NCBI GenBank assembly: GCA_050084515.1
Contig: CM114271.1
Location: 40,238,001-40,302,000, forward strand
DNA from: Blasia pusilla
Lineage: Eukaryota
Direction of reading: 5' to 3'
DNA length: 64,000 nucleotides
Positions 52,095 to 64,000 of this stretch are shown piece by piece. The notes beneath the pieces are model-generated. The model did not search any database and was not told where the DNA came from. It was given only the letters and a program-made list of their open reading frames with translations. Each line of letters starts with the position of its first letter. Within the stretch, counting starts at the first letter, position 1. Made by a program: the position numbers and the translations under genes.

Positions 52095-52637
52095 ATGGTG
52101 AGGGGTTTCGTGCAGGAGCATGTATACAAACATCCGTGGGAGCGAGTGACGGCAGCGAACTGGAGAAAGTACACGGATCCAGAGCACAGGTCGCAGCTGT
52201 CTCATGTACTAGAGGTGGATACTATTGATCGCAAACTGGATTCGGAGGCAGGCCAATTGCACTGCACACGGGTGATAACGGTAAACGCTCCTGGGCCCTG
52301 GTGGCTGCAAAGAGTGTTGGGAGGAAGTGTGTGTCATTGTTTGGAAAAGTCGACCGTGGATGGGAAGAAGCGAACCATGGAGATGGTGAGCAGAAACGTG
52401 ACCATGAAAGACTTCATTGAGGTGGAAGAGAAGTGTTCTTACTATCCTCACCCATCGAATCCCGATTGGACGGTGTTTAGACAGGAGACAAACATCCGCT
52501 GCGCAACCCTCTCGGCGCTGGCATCGATGGCGGAGCGTATTGAGCAGAGATGTGTTGAGAATTTTCAGAAGAACAGTTCTAGAGGTAGAGATGTTATGGA
52601 GCGAGTTTGCTCCTACATGGAGAGGGAGGCCATCTAA
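52095..52637 (+). CDS. PRELI/Ups/MSF1-family mitochondrial lipid-transfer protein
   Basis: MV.....EHVYKHPWERVTAANWRKY..P...LSHVLEVDT...SRNVT..FIEVEE...Y.PHP.NPDWTVFRQET.I. Confidence 0.92.
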   Translation: MVRGFVQEHVYKHPWERVTAANWRKYTDPEHRSQLSHVLEVDTIDRKLDSEAGQLHCTRVITVNAPGPWWLQRVLGGSVCHCLEKSTVDGKKRTMEMVSRNVTMKDFIEVEEKCSYYPHPSNPDWTVFRQETNIRCATLSALASMAERIEQRCVENFQKNSSRGRDVMERVCSYMEREAI

Positions 52638-53549
52638 TTCTTCGAGGTTTTCATCCTCAATTATTTCGCTGCGGAGATTTAAACTTTCGTATTCTTGCGG
52701 GGCCTAATTATGCCCCTTCCACGAGGTGTTTGAGATTCTACCAGTTAGATTATTCTTACTTCATCAACTGATGATGATTATCACGTATTCGATTGATGTG
52801 GCCGGAGCACCAGCCTAAAGACCGCATGTGTTTTTAAGTTTACCTGTTGTACTACTGGCCTATGGCGAGATTCGTGTAGATGGAGAGAAGAAAATTAGTT
52901 AAATTAGCAGGTCTTCGATGAAAATCTGGAAAAATTAGGTCGACCTTCGACATTCGGTTTGGACATTTTGTTTGTGCTCATCGCCGTCAAGGAACTGTCA
53001 TAACGAAGCAAACGTACCCGTCCATCGTCGAATGTCCATCCTGTGTCGTGGTCGCTAGAAAGCAAGGCTTGTCATTTTCACGTGTCCCAAGAATGAAGGT
53101 TGACCATTGAAGTGTCTGCATGGTGTCGTGTCGTATATGATTCTGTCTCTTTCCCTCACGAAGAATAGGCGTAAATTTCCTGTCAGTGCACGACGTCTAC
53201 CTTTACACGTCTGTGCCATTAAAAGCTGATCGATTGATCGACTTGGAGAAGCACTTAGCCGTCTTCCGCAGACGGGTACGTGCCCGGAGGGCGCCGAGTC
53301 GCTGGATCGGGATAGACTTGACCCTCGTTATTATGCATGAGTCTCTACGGTACCCGGTCCTACTGGAAGAGAACGCGTCTATAGGCCTCACATATTTCCA
53401 ACCCAAGAGAGTGACAAAATCAAATTTTTGTACTAACAATGAAAGAGTGTATACCTGCCCTAGTCTAGATGTAAAGAAACTCCCAAAGTGAAATTTCCAT
53501 ATGTTGTAACGAATTTGAAGTGAAGGAGATCTTGTCATAGATAGATGAG

Positions 53550-55104
53550 CACTCTCCACTAATAGATACTCAACTCATAATCACTAGTAAGGTGCATATT
53601 TAGGTTAAGAGAATTTGATGAACAATTTAGAAACTCATTGAGAATTGAGAAAAAACTCGATAATTTAAAATAGTTTCATCCCGTCCCATTTAGAAAATTA
53701 TTTCATTTCATGTAAGAATTTCCTTTCACACTCCCATAACCAATGTCCATCATTTATGCCTCTCCACTTCTAGCTTGCAAATATAATACATCTTGATCAT
53801 ATTAGATCCGAAAGTCTCGACCAGCGGGAAAGGGTTGTATTTAATTGAAACAAAGTTACCTCCTTTTCTATCTGGCCCAACTCCCTCCAAAATTGTATGT
53901 GAATGAGGGGATTCGACATCACGATGTAGCATATCCGGAAAATCACACAATCTCTTTCCTTGATCTTTCAAAGATAATATTGATACTTCCAATATTCCGG
54001 TCTGCATGGTGGAAGTACCAAATGGCAGATTAAAAATTCTTATTTTTGCAAGGCGAAGCGATATATCTAAAATAAGTCCACAAATATGATTGTGAAGAAG
54101 AAGAAGAAGAAAGGCAAGGATGCTTGCATGCTTTGCTTACCTCACATCGCTCGTAGAGAAGATCCTCTATGAGCAAGCTCAAAAATTCACTCCATATCGC
54201 AGCCGGTCGAGTAGGCGTATTTTAAGCTAAAATAATGGCAAATAATTGACGAATTGAGGATCTTGTGCGAATCTCAAAAGCTTCTTGTAAGCAAAGGAAG
54301 ACTTCCTGATTATCCTCAAGAAGTCCTAATTTAATAGCAGTTTCCTTAAAATTTAGGTGTATAATTCCATATACAGTTCTCAAGTGCTCATATGAAGTTG
54401 CACCTCAAACATGATGAAGAAATAACCGCAACCAATTACCTTATCCATCACCTCGCAAAATAGTATATAGTTGTTTAGATCATTTAGTATGATGTAAAAT
54501 ATAGTTATTTTCTCATATCAATATTTCAAAAGTAATATTTGAATTTTAACATAATGTAAAATAATGCGTTCAAAACCACATATACTCTGTAGTTTTTATC
54601 TGGATGAATAAGGTATAAATAACCAATAGGATAACCGCAACCATTTCTTCTTCGTACTCTAGGAACCCATTTCTTTTTACTCCAATGATAATATAAAGGA
54701 AAGTCAAGATATAACTATCCTCGAGCCGTATGAACAAGTTCATCACTAACAAACCATTGTGTTAGGGTAATCTCCATATTTCTTTGTATAATATCCTCAT
54801 GCATGTCAACATCCTTGTAGTAAACCATTTGTATCTTTGAAAGATGAACAACCAATCTCATAACATTTGATTGTTCCACATGTAAATTAAACTTGAAAAG
54901 TTGCCAACATGCCTTTGGAGAAGACATATGCCTACTCATTATAAAGGAGAAACTTACTTTACATACTAACATATATATAGTTTATCCTATAGTAAATTTT
55001 AATTTAATTATCCTTAAATGACACGCGTTAACAATAGAAAGTGTCACCAATAAAAAGACCTTAGGAAGGTTTGTTTTAACCTCATCCTCTTTAATAAATA
55101 TAGA
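53550..55104 (-). mobile_element. Canonical Helitron remnant (RepHel fragment), pseudogenised; left boundary approximate
   Basis: RHMSSPKACWQLFKF.LH.....V.RL.VHL...TLTQWF and LHHV*GATSYEHLRTVYG...F.E....GLLED. A|TCTATATTTATTAAAG 5' end at 55104. Confidence 0.8.
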
Positions 55105-55182
55105 TATAATAATTATTCTTAATTGCCAGACAGTTAACAAAAGAATTTATTCAAATCCCATATTCTTATAGTTATATAGATA

Positions 55183-55210
55183 CTAGTACATTGCCCGTGC
55201 GACGCACGGG
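55183..55210 (-). mobile_element. Helitron 3' terminus
   Basis: Minus strand CCCGTGC-GTC-GCACGGG hairpin, then CAATGTA-CTAG|T. Confidence 0.8.
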
Positions 55211-56605
55211 TGGCACGTTTCCCTTCAAATAACATCCCGTTAACAATCAGGGTTCTTCAAATAACATCCCATTAAAAATAAGGTCTTAAGTGGACAAGTG
55301 TTAACAAAAGAGGAACTTAAAAGAACATGTGTCAGAAAAATAGGAACCTTGAAATAACATTTGTCACATGAAAGTTCTAACCAGGTCCTCTTTAAATTAT
55401 ACTAGTTAGCATGCCTATGCTTGCGCACGAAAAATATTTTCTTGTAATTTAGAAATATTTTTAATTTCAAAATTTACGCATAATTCCCACTTTTTTGAAT
55501 CTCGAAAGAGTAAGAAAATTTCACCTTGAAATAATACCCAGATCCCCTAAATAATTTCACTCCTCCGTAAAAGTTGGAACAATATCTACTCTACCCCTTC
55601 CACTTTTCCTAACAAAATGACATTCACTAACTAAATTCTTAGTTAATTTTAGTTAGTGAAATCATTTCCCTTTCCCATTCAAATTCATCTTCCTTTTCCC
55701 AAAATATCACATGTGAATTAACCAGATTATTTTTAAAAATAATCACAATTTTTCTTTCAAAATTTTAATCTAATTTTAATTTTTAAATCTTAGAAGAGTA
55801 ATAAGATTCCAATCCTCAATTAAATTTAAATGATATCTCAATCCCCTAAATAATTTTACCCTTCCATAAAATATAAACAACATCTATTCCTTCTTCATTA
55901 AAATTAATTTTATTTTCCCATCAAACATGAATCAAGGTACAAATTGTAATATTTTGGTTATTTTTTATAATAATCCAAGCTTTAAGATCACCCATTGTCA
56001 TATAAATTAATTGAATCCCTATAATTAAAAGAGGACGAGGTTTGAAGAATCACTCCTCAAGTGTTGACACATGTCCTCTAAAAGCTCTTATGATGTTGAC
56101 AGTTTGATAGAGGAAATTGAATTAAAGAGAGATAATTAAAAAAATTAAACATCACCCGATTTAATTGGATAGTTGTTAGTTAAAATATTTCCTATCCCAT
56201 CAAATTCATTAGACAACTAAAACTAACACTAAAAAATTCTCATTTTGATTATGCTCAGTAGTGCCCTCTCGAGCTTAACAATTCCACCTTTGGCAGGTAT
56301 GGATCCTTTCTCTTTCTATCCATTTCTACATGCTATTGTCTAATTTCTTAACATTTACTTCCTGTCCATGCAAATCTTCTCTAGATTGGGGATATCCTAC
56401 TCGGACAAAGGCTATCGTACTTTCTCTCCCACTCCATCCTTTCTCTTCTTATTTTTCTATGTCTTTGCATATTATTGATCATCACTAAGAATAATTATCT
56501 CAATGTTCTTGAATAGTTGAGTACTTCTTCCCTCTTCAGGTCAGTTATGTCTTTCAACTTCACCAATTGTAATCATCCTATCCTGCATTTTTTTACTACT
56601 CTGTA

Positions 56606-58015
56606 ATGGCACCGTCTAGAAGGAAACGTGCCTCTTGTAGAACTATCAATCCACACAACGTACATGCCACTCGAGGAATACTTAACAAAATTTTCCTGGC
56701 CAAATGCAGACACAATGCAATTTTAAAAAATACTACAAACCACAAACTATCATGTAGACCTACTGCCTATCCCTGGCCACTAATTGAGCAAATGATGGCA
56801 AGGTGGGAAGCTCACTTTTCTGGATTCATAACCAAGATGCAATGTTGCGGTTATTGTGGTCGTGGTTGTGTCATCTATTGCAACCCCCAATCCAAAATGT
56901 GTACTATCACTTATGGCCAACATCCACCATATGCTTGATGTAATGGATTTCTCCTCCCTTATATTATACCAAGATCTGGTGAATTCTTTATATGTGACTT
57001 GTGTTCCACAACGCAACCACGTCGTAGCTTTAATGTCTATATGACACCATTGTATATTAGGTAGGTATTAGCTGTTGATCCCCTACACCTACAAAAACTT
57101 TATATTGTTGATTCAAGAATGGGGATCCAGAGAAAATTCAATGGATTTCACAAGGGATTCTTTCATGCTTCATCCCTGCTGGACTCGCCCCTTATTGGAT
57201 GGAACCATAATACTCAAAGTACCCAAGAATCTGAGAACAGTATTGCTATTCTCAAATAGATCATGGAGGTAAATTTTTGGATCAATCCACTCTACAAAGA
57301 CTATAAGGCTCTACTTGAACTTCCCGGTCCATCTTCCGGACTAGTAGTTTTGCCTAGCACATTAGTGAACAAGATTCTGCATTCTTTCCAAGAGAAGGGC
57401 CAACTTACTCAAAGCATGTCATATGATCCATATCAGTTGGACTTAAACATACTACAAGATGTTTCTTATTCACTACCAAATTGTAGACCTAAATCTTCTG
57501 ATATTTTTGACAATGGTTCTATCTGTATTCGCACTGGTGCAATTCAAAGATTTCTAATTGATTCCTCTGGTATTTCTATTGATAAATGTCTTACTATAGA
57601 GACAACAATTTTCCCTTTTCTATTTCTAGGATACTACACTAGTGCGCAATCTTTTCTTGAGTATATCAAATCAAGGACTAAACAATTATTTAGTGTCTTC
57701 TCTTTGTATAAGCCTTTCTCTCTTATTAGGCACCAACTCCGTCAATCTATTTCACTATGTTCCATTGCTCGTACCTTTATTCTGTAGAAAGACCTCGAGA
57801 GATTAAGGAAATATCACCCTGATCTTCATGAGGAAGATCTCTATTATTACTTATCTAAGCATTCATTAAGTCCTCAAATTCCAGCCAGCCTAGCTTGGCA
57901 TAGGCGTCATCTCCGTGACCTAAAAGCCATGGTTCACCATCTAGGCATGCCACATTTATTTTTTAACACTTACTTCTGATGAGGTTTCTGAGACCCGCTG
58001 GATTGAGATCTATCT
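56606..58015 (+). pseudogene. Helitron2/Helentron-like Rep N-terminal region, truncated by Gypsy copy 3
   Basis: IETTIFPFLF, then IPASLAWHRRHLRDLKAMVHHLGMPHLF/TLTSDEVSETRWIEI, resembling Rep motif 1. Confidence 0.7.
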
Positions 58016-61000
58016 TGCGCATACACATCGTTGTCATCGAACACACACAATCCCATGCTAACTCATGGCATCCATACACAGAGGCGAGAAGTACCAAACT
58101 ATCTCCAATTAAAATAAGATCAAATCTCTCTCACAACATTATAGTTCTCACATGTGTGCACTCTCACATGTGTATCTCAATGTCAAACCAAACCCACTCT
58201 CCTAATGAGAGGTTTGGGTTACACACACAAGGCAAGCAAGACCATAGCTCCGCCGCCTCATGCCAAGAGGTTCAACAAAGAGAGAATGAGCTCTCAAGCT
58301 CTCTCTCTTGGAGGTATACCCCCTTCCCTCTCCCAAGCCCTCTCAACGATAACCTATGCTCGCAGGTCACCTCCTTGGCTCTTGACCTGTTGTAGCGGGT
58401 CAAAGGCCACTTCCCAAAGTATAAAGTCAACTATCCCCAATATGGAAAATTACCCTAAATAGTAAGTTTCTCTATATGGCTCCAAATGAGCCGAAACGAA
58501 GGGGAAACCTGCTCTCTCAAGTTTTTCGGGGCCTCAACAGGTCATCCCCGACCTCTTGGGCATTTCCTCCACTACTCGTGTAGACGCTCTGCTAGATCCC
58601 ATTGATCTATCTTAACAATCATGATAGTTTTCGTGCGCATACACATCGCTACATCGTTGTCATCGAACACACAAACAAACACACACGATCCCATGCTAAC
58701 TCATGGCATCCATACAATGAGGCGAGAAGTACCAAAATATCTCCAATCTCCTCCCTAGCTGGTAGTTAGGTCCCTCTAACTCCAGATAGCCATCTATCCC
58801 TACCTACCACGACATACATCTCTAGGACGCTAAGAGCAGAAAAGTCACGTGCTTATCTGGCCCCATCGTTAGTCGCCTTTCTGTCATCCATATCACGAGA
58901 AAAAGTTAGAATCAAAACCTACCTAATATCTCCTCTATGTACATCTGGGACACATCCATCATCCCCGAGGAACCCTAGTGAGAGCCCTGTATGAGGAACC
59001 CTCTGTAGTTCTCCTCGTGTATCCGCAATACAATTTCTGCAGGTTTGCGTTGTATTGCATTCTGCATTGTATCCGGCGCAACAGTAGTTTCTGCACGCTT
59101 GTAGAAACTACTATACCATCAATTTTAGGAAGGTGACATGGCGCACAATTACGCATGTAGTCCTTCCATACCATACCATCTTGTCCCTCCAGCAAGAGAA
59201 CACTAGATGGCAAAACGTCACGCACTGTCAAAATAGTGCGCCCAACAGTCACATCCAACGTCGTCGGTGTCGTCTGCTGCAAGTTCACATAATCTCCCTG
59301 ATGAAACCTCCGGATAGTTGGTCGATAACCACCACCCTGAATACTTGCATTTCTCAACGTATCCCGATGTTGCGCAATCGCCAAGTTCTCGAACGCCATG
59401 GGCATCACTCTCTGAAACAACTCAGCCCTCTGAGAACATGCTCGCATCCATACATCTAGGTCATCAAAGTCCAGCACTTCACCAGCATCTCGACGAATAG
59501 CCGCGGTAAATCTTGCTCTCGGCCATAAAGTAGCAAGTATGGTGAAAAAGACGCTAAGGATGTCTGCCTGCCTGTTGAATCTATATCCCATCGCCAACCA
59601 CGGAAACTGGAGGTCCCAATCTCCTAGGTGACCTCTCTACAAGCCATACTTGCGTAAATCCCTCTTCACCATATGCACAACTCTCTCTGCTAATCCATCT
59701 GCCTTGGGATGATCTCGCAAAGTCGTGCGGTGGTCAATCAAGCGCCTGATCACACAAGGCCTCGAACTCATCGTGAAACTTCATACCTTGGTCTGTCACC
59801 ACCTCAGCCGGTATGCCATAATGACTTAGCACTTTGTCAAGGAAGGCATAAGCTACTCCCTCACTTGCTTTGTCAAGCAATGCAACCAACTCGATCCAAT
59901 AGAAGTTCGCCAATCCCATGAATGTGCGAACACGACTCACATCTGTAGGGCGTGGAATACGTGAGATAGCTTCTACCTTCGTCAGCTTAACACCAAGGCC
60001 CCCTGGGTATAACGTATGACCCAAGTACTCAATCTGGTCGTAGAAGAACTTGCACTTGCATGGATGTAGCTTCAGCCCATGTAATTGCAATCCTCAAAAC
60101 ACCTCCTCTAGATGTCGCTCATGCTCCTCAACCGTGGCGCTAAAGACTATGATGTCATCAATATAACACCTAGAAAAATCCAGACCAGCCAAGATCCTAT
60201 CCATGACCCCTTGAAACTCAGCCGGGGCATTCTTTAACCCAAATGATAAGAACTGCCACTAGCACAAAAAATCCTTCATGTGAGGATCGATGCCCCAAAA
60301 TGTCGTCTTCTGCCTGTCCACCAATCTGATAGGTAGCTGATGGTATCTGGCTCGCACATCCAATGAAATGAAGACCTTAGCATGATCAATCGCATGAAAG
60401 ATCTCCTCACGGGTGGGCATGGCATACCTATCGGACTTTTTCTGCATCAGGTATAACATTGCTTCACCAACCAAGACGTTGTAGGACTCTGCATCAGTCA
60501 CTATCGCCTTGGCTCGCACCACGGACTCATATGTAGGATGTCCCGGGAGAATCCCCACCACAACCTCCTATTGTGTGATATACTGTGTGGTACTCGCTCC
60601 ACCCAAGGATGTCCATATCCGGAATGGATAACGCTCCACATCGGCTCTTGTCAAACCCAATCCTCTGAATGACGCTTTCCCCAAATTAGGGGTTGCGCAT
60701 CTGAATCCAACAAGACGCGCTCCGGACTAAAAGCTCTACCTCCAAGACTCACCAACTGGAAGACCTCTCCTTGGTTATCAAGCAACACAACACGAGGAGA
60801 AGCCATGACACGCTCTATCGCGGGTCTAGCAGGCATCTCCGCCATGCTAGCAGCCACAACCTGCAATGAATCTCATGTGGACGGCCCAAGCATCCGCTCC
60901 AAGGGCAGGTCCATCACCTCCTCTGCAATCACCTCAGAACGTGATGCAGGAACTCCAACTCTGAGCTCACATAATGAAGCGGTCAGCCAGAAAACCTCGG

Positions 61001-64000
61001 CGGGCGTACCTCCCAAGATCATAACATCAGAAGCAGAAAATAAAGGAGCACGGTACACAACGGTGGTCGCCCCCAACAACGTGCTTGACACATGGCCCTC
61101 ATGACCATCAGCAATAGGAGTCATCGCAGTTGCTTCTCCCATCGCCCTCCGTGCCTACACACCAACAACATCACCAACTCTCCAGGAACTCTAATCACGA
61201 TCCATCGATGGGATCCTCATCGCTTTGGACAACATGAAAGACTGAGGAATCCTAGTCTATTTCCTCGCTTTACCTCGCTGTGGATCCAACTTTGCGGCAA
61301 CTCCACGCGTCACAACTACGGCGGCCTCCATCTGGACAACCCCGCACATCCAACCAGGATCCTCCATATCTGTGGCTACTCCATATGATGTCGATGCCAC
61401 GGATCCGGCATCGGGTAACCTCAATGCCATAGCGACAATCTGCTCTTGTAGCTGCTGTATCTGAGCAACCATCCTAGCCTCATGTCCGGCGTCTCCCTCG
61501 ACGCATCTAGGTGGTGGTACTCTACCTCCTCCACGGGCAGCTCCACCACCCTGTTGGGCAACTCCAGCTCCTCGTCCCCCAACGGGACCACCTGGTGCAC
61601 GATCTCTAGGCCCACCCGGACCGGCTCCTTGCTCTGGTGCCCTCTCTGGCCCTCGGTCTGAACGTAACTCAAGATGTAAATTGAAACACCTGGCACGTGT
61701 ATGACCATACCTCTAACAATAGTCAGACTGATAACCTCTTGGTGCAGCACCATCTCCTCCTCTATGCTCGGGCACACGTCGATGACCCAGATGAGTGCAA
61801 TCGCGCTGATGATGGGCTCCACCACATGACCAACAAGTAATAGTAGGCGGCTGCTGCTGAGCCGCATATGAAGGGGCTGGTCTCTGTGGCAGGGCCTCCT
61901 GGTATCCTCCCTGAGCTCGTGCTGCCACAGTCGACCTATCTCGGAGTCCACGTTGTTGTATAGGTGGTGCAACCAATCGTGATTGCTCTCACCCAGAACC
62001 CATGAAGGCTACACTCTCCTCCGCCATGTTGCGCTCAATGTTCTCGGCGGTCCTAAAAACATCTCTCAATGTAGGGAAGGTGTTCATAAGAAGCACCCCC
62101 TCCCGCACGCGTGTCCGCAAGGTCCGGTCTAGCATCGCGTACTATGACTGGATAGCGTGAGCCCCCGTCATCCCCTGAGTGACATTGATAAACCGGCGCA
62201 AGCGAGTGTAAGCCTCACGCAAACTCTCACCTGGGCGCCTCTGGAAGTCGTGGATGCTTCGCAACTTCTCCATCCGTACCCCTTGGTAGCTCGCCCTCAA
62301 CTCAGCAAAGAACTCAACCACAGGGTTGAACCTGGGACGAACCCGACTAGATGATGCAACTGCTCTAGTGCGAGTGACCCCTCCTAAAAAATCACTAGTG
62401 GAAGAGGAAGAAGCCTCTCCTGACTCCTCCTCCTAATCTGGGAATGGCTCCGTCCATGACACATAGAGTGGGTCATATTTGAGTCGCCATGCCTCAATCT
62501 CTTGGGCATATCTATGGGAGAACTCATGGTAATCGTCCATAGGCGCCCCCTCTAAATGTTGGAACATACCGTTCCATGCTGTAAATGGGTTGAACTTTCT
62601 AGAGTTCTTAGCCCGCTGGGAGTCGCACCAACTCCTAAAATTTGCTATGAAATCGTGCAACTCAATCGTGCCTACTCCACCTCAAAACCTACGCGATCCT
62701 CTACCCCGATCGTCCATCTCGTACACCCAATTGGTAGGACCACTCACAATGTATGGTGATGTGCTCACAAACTCCTCTACACCCTCCCCCTCGTCTGACG
62801 ATGACACAGAAGGAGGTCGAGGTGGTCCCTCACGTGGAGACCCTCGGAACCTCGTGGCACTCTCGGGTTCACCACCTCGCCTCTCAAAGTCCCAAACGGA
62901 CGTCATGATGACCCTCGTGCTCCTCTCACCCGATCACTCTCAACCTCGCAAGTATCCCTCAATCACTCATTCCAAACATGCGGCACTCGATCTACACTCT
63001 CCCTCCGCGAGACGTGTAACGTGCGGCAACACGCGGCGTGGTGCGGCAAATCGACCAGGCTATCATCTCATCGACAAACTACCCTCAACTCCGGACATCC
63101 CACACAAGTCTATGTCCCCTAAACCACATATATGAATGATGCTCTCACCATCCACACAACCAAATATCCCCAAATAAACTACCCAAATCCCAAAATCCCT
63201 CACATGTGCAAGGTAAAGGACCAGAATGGGTAATTTGAACACATGTCGATGTCGCTCCTCAGCAAGTGCAAATCTTGACCCCAACTTGGTCGTGAAGACA
63301 ACTCCTCCAATCAGCAAGTTGTACTCCTCTCGTACTGACATTGCTCAACCTCCTTGATGTGCGGTGGAGGTTGAGCGGTCCGGTGCGACACTGGCGGAAC
63401 ATAACGGCTACAAACATCATGGCACTCGGGAAGAATGGGATGCGGCACTCGGCGGCATACCCTCCTCAATCAACAATTCACACGCTCTGCTCCTTAGTGA
63501 AGGAGCGGTTCCGCGATCGAGACGGTACGGTGCGGCCACAAGCAGCATGGCGCAGCAATCGGTGGTGTATTGCGGCTACGGGCATCATGACACGGTACTC
63601 GATCGTCGTCGAGCGGCTACCAATCACAACATAGCAACATGAAATCAAAACTCAAACACCATAACCGGAGGTCATCTGCCATCACTGGTTGATGACGAAA
63701 CTACGATGATAATGGCGGCCAAAACAAAATACATGGTGGTGACGCAAGTCAGAGAATCAACGAACGTCGTGAAAGACCTTCCACTCCGTGATGGCGGCAA
63801 TGGCAACCAAAGGGTGGAGAACGGACGGTGGACCGTTAATGGTGATGGCTGACCATTGATGGTGATGGCCAACCAATGATAGTGGCGGTGATGGTTGACC
63901 GTTGATGGTGACTATGACGGCGACGGCCGCGGCCAACGTGGCGGCTCGTTTAGGGTTTGAAGAATTTAACCCTAAAAAATTTCCTACCAATGGTAGTTTT
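58016..64000 (-). mobile_element. Gypsy-like retrotransposon, copy 3; internally deleted, 5' end beyond right edge
   Basis: gag, protease, partial RT and partial integrase, colinear with copy 2. 3' repeats are B1 58629-58746, A2 58110-58626, B2 58016-58108. Confidence 0.92.

Noticed and set aside
51581-52174. 197-aa minus-strand ORF
   Set aside because: Antisense to the PRELI leader and start; low-complexity, no motif.

Overview
Eukaryotic, spliced, plant-type DNA, probably from a non-seed land plant such as a bryophyte (inferred from gene style and TE content, not proven). A compact housekeeping-gene island at about 25.7-52.6 kb (GOT1-like, ferredoxin-thioredoxin reductase variable chain, organellar bS6, PRP4/LACHESIS-like, NUP133, PRELI/Ups-like) is flanked by transposon nests. 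The main find is three decayed copies of one Ty3/Gypsy-type retrotransposon family: 1-8475 (-), 14301-24314 (+, essentially complete) and 58016-64000 (-). Its polyprotein reads gag-protease-DNMT3-like cytosine methyltransferase-RT-RNaseH-DDE integrase-PHD finger. It lacks ordinary LTRs and is bounded by split direct repeats (A1...B1-A2-B2), a layout normally seen in tyrosine-recombinase PAT/Ngaro-type elements. Also present are a hAT transposase pseudogene, remnants of two Helitron types, and an unexplained intronless orphan ORF. All calls are by eye, with no database searches.
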